From: Candidatus Hydrogenedens sp.
GTDB lineage: Bacteria; Hydrogenedentota; Hydrogenedentia; Hydrogenedentales; Hydrogenedentaceae
Assembly: GCA_049968235.1 (NCBI GenBank)
Contig: JBMFRC010000010.1
Coordinates: 1 to 64,000, forward strand
DNA: 64,000 nucleotides
Direction: 5' to 3'
Positions 60,205-64,000 of the stretch are shown in pieces. The translations under genes and the position numbers were made by a program. Positions within the stretch are counted from its first letter, which is position 1, and each line of letters begins with the position of its first letter. The notes under the pieces are model-generated. The model had not been told where the DNA came from, did not search any database, and saw nothing but the letters and a program-made list of their open reading frames with translations.

Positions 60205-61296
60205 ATGTTAGAAGATCGTGTTTTTAATTTTTCTGCGGGTCCATCTATGTTACCGGAACCTGTCCTTGTTAAAGCACAGCAAGAATTATTGGTATATCCT
60301 GGTGCTGGTGCATCAGTTATGGAAATAAGTCATCGTTCTAAATCCTTTGATGAGATTTTGGAAAGAGCAAAAGATTATTTAAAAAAATTACTGAATATGC
60401 CGGATAATTATAAAGTTATTTTCACGCCCGGTGGTGCAACCATGCAATTTTCTATGTTAGCAATGAATTTCCTAAATGGGGGTATGGCAGACTATATAAA
60501 TACAGGTTCGTGGGCATCAAAAGCGATGGGTGAAGGGAAGAAACATGGAAATGTCCGCGAGGCGTGGTCAGGTAAGAGTGAAAATTATGTCCGTATGCCC
60601 TCCTCCTCCGAAATAAGTATATCTGATGAAGCAAGGTATGTCCACTTTACTTCCAACGAAACAATTCAAGGGATAGAGTTTTTTAGTGAGCCCGATGTCG
60701 GTGATAAACCTTTATTTTGTGATGCTTCTTCCGATTTTCTTTCTCGTCCTATAGATATAACAAAATACGCATTAATATATGCGGGTGCACAAAAGAATGT
60801 AGGTCCATCTGGTATTGCGGTAGTAATTATTCGCGAAGATTTATTACCGCTTGTTCCTGAAAAACTACCTTCTCTGTTAGACTATAAACTCATGGTTGAA
60901 AATAACTCGCTGTATAATACACCGTCTACATGGAGTATATATATTGTGGGTCTTGTGCTTAAATGGCTTTATGAGGATATTGGTGGTTTGGCAAAAATTG
61001 AGGAAATAAATAAAAAGAAAGCGGAATTGTTATATAAAGTTATTGATGACAGTAATGGTTTCTATAAGGGACATGCTCAAAAAGAAAGCCGTTCACGGAT
61101 GAATGTAACCTTCCGTCTTCCTGATGAAGCACTAGAAAAAGAATTTATAGCCAAAGCAAGTGCAGAAGGATTAAAGGAATTAAAGGGACATCGTTCAGTG
61201 GGTGGGTGTCGTGCTTCTATTTATAATGCCATGCCGTATGAAGGTTGCGTAACATTAGCGGAATTTATGAAAGATTTTGCCCAGTTGCATGGCTAA
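60205..61296 (+). CDS. serC: Phosphoserine aminotransferase
   Basis: FNFSAGPSMLPEPVL is the canonical SerC N-terminus. The PLP-Lys region (YAGAQKNVGPSG) is present. 363 aa. Confidence 0.9.
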   Translation: MLEDRVFNFSAGPSMLPEPVLVKAQQELLVYPGAGASVMEISHRSKSFDEILERAKDYLKKLLNMPDNYKVIFTPGGATMQFSMLAMNFLNGGMADYINTGSWASKAMGEGKKHGNVREAWSGKSENYVRMPSSSEISISDEARYVHFTSNETIQGIEFFSEPDVGDKPLFCDASSDFLSRPIDITKYALIYAGAQKNVGPSGIAVVIIREDLLPLVPEKLPSLLDYKLMVENNSLYNTPSTWSIYIVGLVLKWLYEDIGGLAKIEEINKKKAELLYKVIDDSNGFYKGHAQKESRSRMNVTFRLPDEALEKEFIAKASAEGLKELKGHRSVGGCRASIYNAMPYEGCVTLAEFMKDFAQLHG

Positions 61297-61306
61297 TAAA
61301 TGCAGT

Positions 61307-62599
61307 TTATTTATTTCTTTGTATTAGTTCGTCTATAGTGTTAATAACAGTTTCGCCTAATTGTGGACCATAAAAAGATGCGGTTACTTCATAACCGCTT
61401 TGTTGATATTCTTTTTCCGTAAGAATATATCCTATTAGGTCGTTGGTAAGAGAGGTAACAACAGGTATTTTTATTCCTTGATTTTCTAATTTCTGTTTTA
61501 CATTCATCCCTATTTCGGTTATAGGTTCGCCGGGGAAGGTGACTATTGCACAACCATTTATCTGTATGAAATGAAACGGTGCTTTTGAGGGAAACAGTTG
61601 GTTTATCATAGCATTGGCCATTTCCTCTGAAACTTTATATTCGTCACCTGCTATTTTAAAAAAATCAGGTGCAATTTTTTTAGGTGGTAATTCTTTCCAT
61701 AGGACATCATGTTTTAATATTGATATTGGCTCGGGTTTTAATTCTTCGATTATATCTATTACGAGTTTTGCTAAACTGAGTCCATAGTTTTCCATTGTCT
61801 CCCATGCAGAAGCCCCTTTATAACCTGAAGGTGCGACATCACCCTCCGCACCGTTAGAAAACATACAGGTCGTTCCGGGATAAAAGGTTTCGATTGTTCT
61901 TTGTATTATTCCCGGATAACCTGCTGATAATAACATTTCATTAGGTGTCATTATTGTTTCATGTGCAGTAAAATTGACAAAAACTACCCATGGTTTCTTT
62001 TCCTTATCAAACCGTAATACGGTGAGATATGGGTCTGTGGGAAGTTCTTCATGCCTTCTATTTTTATTTAATCCTTTTGTTTCAATTCTTCCTGCTGAAA
62101 AGGTTACTGGTGATAGGTTTTTTACGGATTCCTGGATTCCTTTTGCAATTTGAGAAGAGATATACTGTAATACCTGTGCATCAAAAATACCTATGTTAGG
62201 ATTGTTAACAATATTTCTTTCATCAATGGACATACCCTCAAGTCCTGCATGAGTATGGCTCGACATCATTAAAACATTATTTGGATTAACATAGGGCAGT
62301 TCTGCTTTTTTTATTGTATGTTCTACCAAACTCCAGGGTACATGACAAATATCTAAAGTGATTATGAACAAATATTCTTCTTCGTTTTTCAGTGTTAAAA
62401 TCTTTGCCCATGTTTCATCATGAGTGCCTAATGCAGGTTTGCCCTGTCTTTCTCCATATCCTCCCAGTTGGGCTTTTAAACCTTCATTGATTGGATTTAT
62501 AGAGACTCGGGCCACACCTGCATAAATTTCTGCAAAAGACATAAAACAATACCCTAATAAAAATACCGCTGTTATTACAAATAATGTGTATCTATTCAT
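61307..62599 (-). CDS. Neutral/alkaline ceramidase N-terminal-domain-like hydrolase, secreted
   Basis: Signal peptide, then GVARVSINP...LGGYGERQG...HDETWAKIL, which resembles the Ceramidase_alk N-terminus (G.A.V.ITP...GY....G.HD.L.AR). At 430 aa it is shorter than full-length ceramidases. Confidence 0.45.
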   Translation of the reverse strand: MNRYTLFVITAVFLLGYCFMSFAEIYAGVARVSINPINEGLKAQLGGYGERQGKPALGTHDETWAKILTLKNEEEYLFIITLDICHVPWSLVEHTIKKAELPYVNPNNVLMMSSHTHAGLEGMSIDERNIVNNPNIGIFDAQVLQYISSQIAKGIQESVKNLSPVTFSAGRIETKGLNKNRRHEELPTDPYLTVLRFDKEKKPWVVFVNFTAHETIMTPNEMLLSAGYPGIIQRTIETFYPGTTCMFSNGAEGDVAPSGYKGASAWETMENYGLSLAKLVIDIIEELKPEPISILKHDVLWKELPPKKIAPDFFKIAGDEYKVSEEMANAMINQLFPSKAPFHFIQINGCAIVTFPGEPITEIGMNVKQKLENQGIKIPVVTSLTNDLIGYILTEKEYQQSGYEVTASFYGPQLGETVINTIDELIQRNK

Positions 62600-62603
62600 G
62601 TAT

Positions 62604-63206
62604 TTAATCTACAACGAATGTAGCCCTTCCCGAAATGGAAGAAAGTTTGGTAGAGACTCGGAATAATATCGTATATTGTCCCGGTGATAAATTAGGAGGT
62701 AAACGGAATTGCTGACTGCTTACCCATGTTCCATCATTTCTGTTAAAAGAGGAAGATGATAAGTCTGCGATCAGTTGTTCGCCTTTTAAAAGACTTCTTG
62801 TTTCTGTTACTGAGGTTCCGGAACCGGTTCCCAATAAAGCATACTGGATTGTTGCTTCAATCATATTCCCGGGGGTAACCACATTGGGTAAAACTTCTGC
62901 GCGTTCAAAAGATAATCTTTCTCCCTGTGTAGGCTGGTAATTATATTCTTTGGAGGTCTCCTCTGCGGATTTTGCTTTTTGTGCTTTTATGTCATGAGCA
63001 ACTAAACCTGCAATCCCACCGAGGACTGCACCTATTGCAGCACCTTCAAGTGTATGTCCAGATTGATGTCCTATAATAGCACCTGTTGCACCACCTAAAG
63101 CAGCACCTAATCCACCTGCTTCTCCGTAGGTTTGACATCCCGTCCCATAGAATACAATGGAAATAGTTAATATCATAAGTAAAAATAGTGTTAGAAACTT
63201 TTTCAT
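62604..63206 (-). CDS. Glycine-zipper (YMGG / 17-kDa-antigen-like) outer-membrane lipoprotein with C-terminal domain of unknown function
   Basis: Lipobox FYGTGC. Glycine zipper GGLGAALGGATGAIIGHQSGHTLEGAAIGAVLGGIAGLV. The start is placed at MKKF (63206) rather than the track's 63221. Confidence 0.55.
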   Translation of the reverse strand: MKKFLTLFLLMILTISIVFYGTGCQTYGEAGGLGAALGGATGAIIGHQSGHTLEGAAIGAVLGGIAGLVAHDIKAQKAKSAEETSKEYNYQPTQGERLSFERAEVLPNVVTPGNMIEATIQYALLGTGSGTSVTETRSLLKGEQLIADLSSSSFNRNDGTWVSSQQFRLPPNLSPGQYTILFRVSTKLSSISGRATFVVD

Positions 63207-63230
63207 AGTGTCTCCTTTCATGTTCTTCTT

Positions 63231-63962
63231 TTAACTTTCATCATAAGGTATATAAGGTATTATATTATTATATCTTAATGAAAGTATATATTCCTTACTT
63301 TCATCATCTAAATAAACGAATTCTACGCCGTATTTATTTACCATTTTTTGTTCTTTATTTATTATATTTGTTATATCCCAGCGAATGATACCTTTACCTG
63401 TTATAGGATGAACATTTTGATTTTTTGCTTGTATAGAAAATTCAACGATTTCATGATTTCCTATTTTCTCTTCTGTAGAAAATGAAAATCCGCCTCTTCC
63501 TATTAATATATTATCTATTTTATTTTCATCTAACTTTCGTATCCAACCAGAATATTGCCCCTGGTTTTCTATATCCATCTGTAGTCTATTTTCCAGAGGG
63601 GTACATAATCTTTCTATTGTAGTTGCAAGAAAAAGGAGTTGAAAAGGTTTATATATAACGGACTCTACCCCGAGTTGATATAATTCGTGAGCAGGCACAT
63701 CATTATATGCGGTAATTGTAATAATAGGAAGATTGTAAACATCCATTTTTTTAACCATTTTAATAATTTCAATCCCAGAAACTTCGGGTAGCCGTAGGTC
63801 TGTAATAAGCAGGTCAGGTTTCATTTCTGAGAAGTTTTTACAAAAATCTTTAGGATTGTAAAAAGTACTTGTTTCATATCCCCTGCTTTCCAATTCTATT
63901 GCAATCATTTCATTCAGGTCTATTTCATCTTCAAGTATAAATATTGTTTTTTTACTTTTCAT
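63231..63962 (-). CDS. Response-regulator receiver domain fused to a PilZ-like C-terminal domain
   Basis: REC: TIFILEDE...DLLITDLRLPEVSGIEI...ITAYND (phospho-acceptor Asp and Thr/Lys positions present). The C-terminus carries IRKL...LIGRGGFSF, resembling the PilZ RxxxR / (D/N)xSxxG c-di-GMP-binding motifs. The PilZ assignment is tentative. Confidence 0.45.
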   Translation of the reverse strand: MKSKKTIFILEDEIDLNEMIAIELESRGYETSTFYNPKDFCKNFSEMKPDLLITDLRLPEVSGIEIIKMVKKMDVYNLPIITITAYNDVPAHELYQLGVESVIYKPFQLLFLATTIERLCTPLENRLQMDIENQGQYSGWIRKLDENKIDNILIGRGGFSFSTEEKIGNHEIVEFSIQAKNQNVHPITGKGIIRWDITNIINKEQKMVNKYGVEFVYLDDESKEYILSLRYNNIIPYIPYDES

Positions 63963-64000
63963 TTTTTATAATCTTATATTTTTTAAGGTTAATAACAAAT

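Overview
This AT-rich 64 kb window is densely packed with chromosomal housekeeping and carbohydrate-utilisation genes of a likely diderm, anaerobic bacterium of uncertain phylum. I found no CRISPR array, no transposase or integrase, no rRNA, and no intergenic gap longer than about 180 nt. The gene content, left to right, is as follows.

- **Left edge to 7.6 kb:** a truncated MCP-like gene, then a sigma-54 enhancer-binding protein divergent from a sulfate ABC transporter operon (cysP-cysT-cysW-cysA). A near-perfect sigma-54 -24/-12 promoter sits 32 nt upstream of cysP. tRNA-Arg(TCT) and a GH29 alpha-L-fucosidase follow.
- **7.7 to 16.4 kb:** folK-panB-panC-panD, a URO-D-like protein, and a co-directional run of ECF sigma factor, zf-HC2 anti-sigma factor, GspE/PilB ATPase and GspF/PilC platform protein.
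- **16.4 to 28 kb:** a secreted GH78 alpha-L-rhamnosidase, a small lipoprotein, HemW-like radical SAM protein, CinA, an RlpA-like DPBB protein, a type-2 (about 1136 aa) IleS, and a large polytopic membrane protein.
- **28 to 39.5 kb:** long-form hpf, then hprK, a GH57 glycoside hydrolase, ptsH and ptsI, with no EII gene in the window. dxr-rseP, aspartate kinase and pyruvate kinase follow.
- **39.5 to 44.6 kb:** a SAM methyltransferase, then contiguous bacillithiol biosynthesis genes (bshC-like, bshB, bshA) followed directly by an NYN(LabA-like)-cold-shock-domain fusion protein.
- **44.6 to 57 kb:** a Tat-secreted metallophosphoesterase and an alpha/beta hydrolase, then a poorly characterised block (PagL-like outer-membrane barrel, degenerate receiver, STN-like secreted protein). 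After that block comes a minus-strand run of Zn-ADH, rhaB, an Opp-like ABC transporter (SBP plus two permeases, no ATPase genes), two unknown proteins and an RlmD with a low-complexity insertion.
- **57 to 64 kb:** a thioredoxin-like [2Fe-2S] ferredoxin, tRNA-Ser(TGA), two Gfo/Idh/MocA oxidoreductases, a SpoU/TrmH methyltransferase, serC, a neutral-ceramidase-like protein, a glycine-zipper lipoprotein and a REC-PilZ-like regulator.

The items most worth a second look are the sigma-54-driven sulfate importer, the bsh cluster joined to the NYN-CSD fusion, the hprK-GH57-ptsH-ptsI arrangement, the orphan pilB/pilC pair under an ECF pair, and the uncharacterised 46.6-50.9 kb block.
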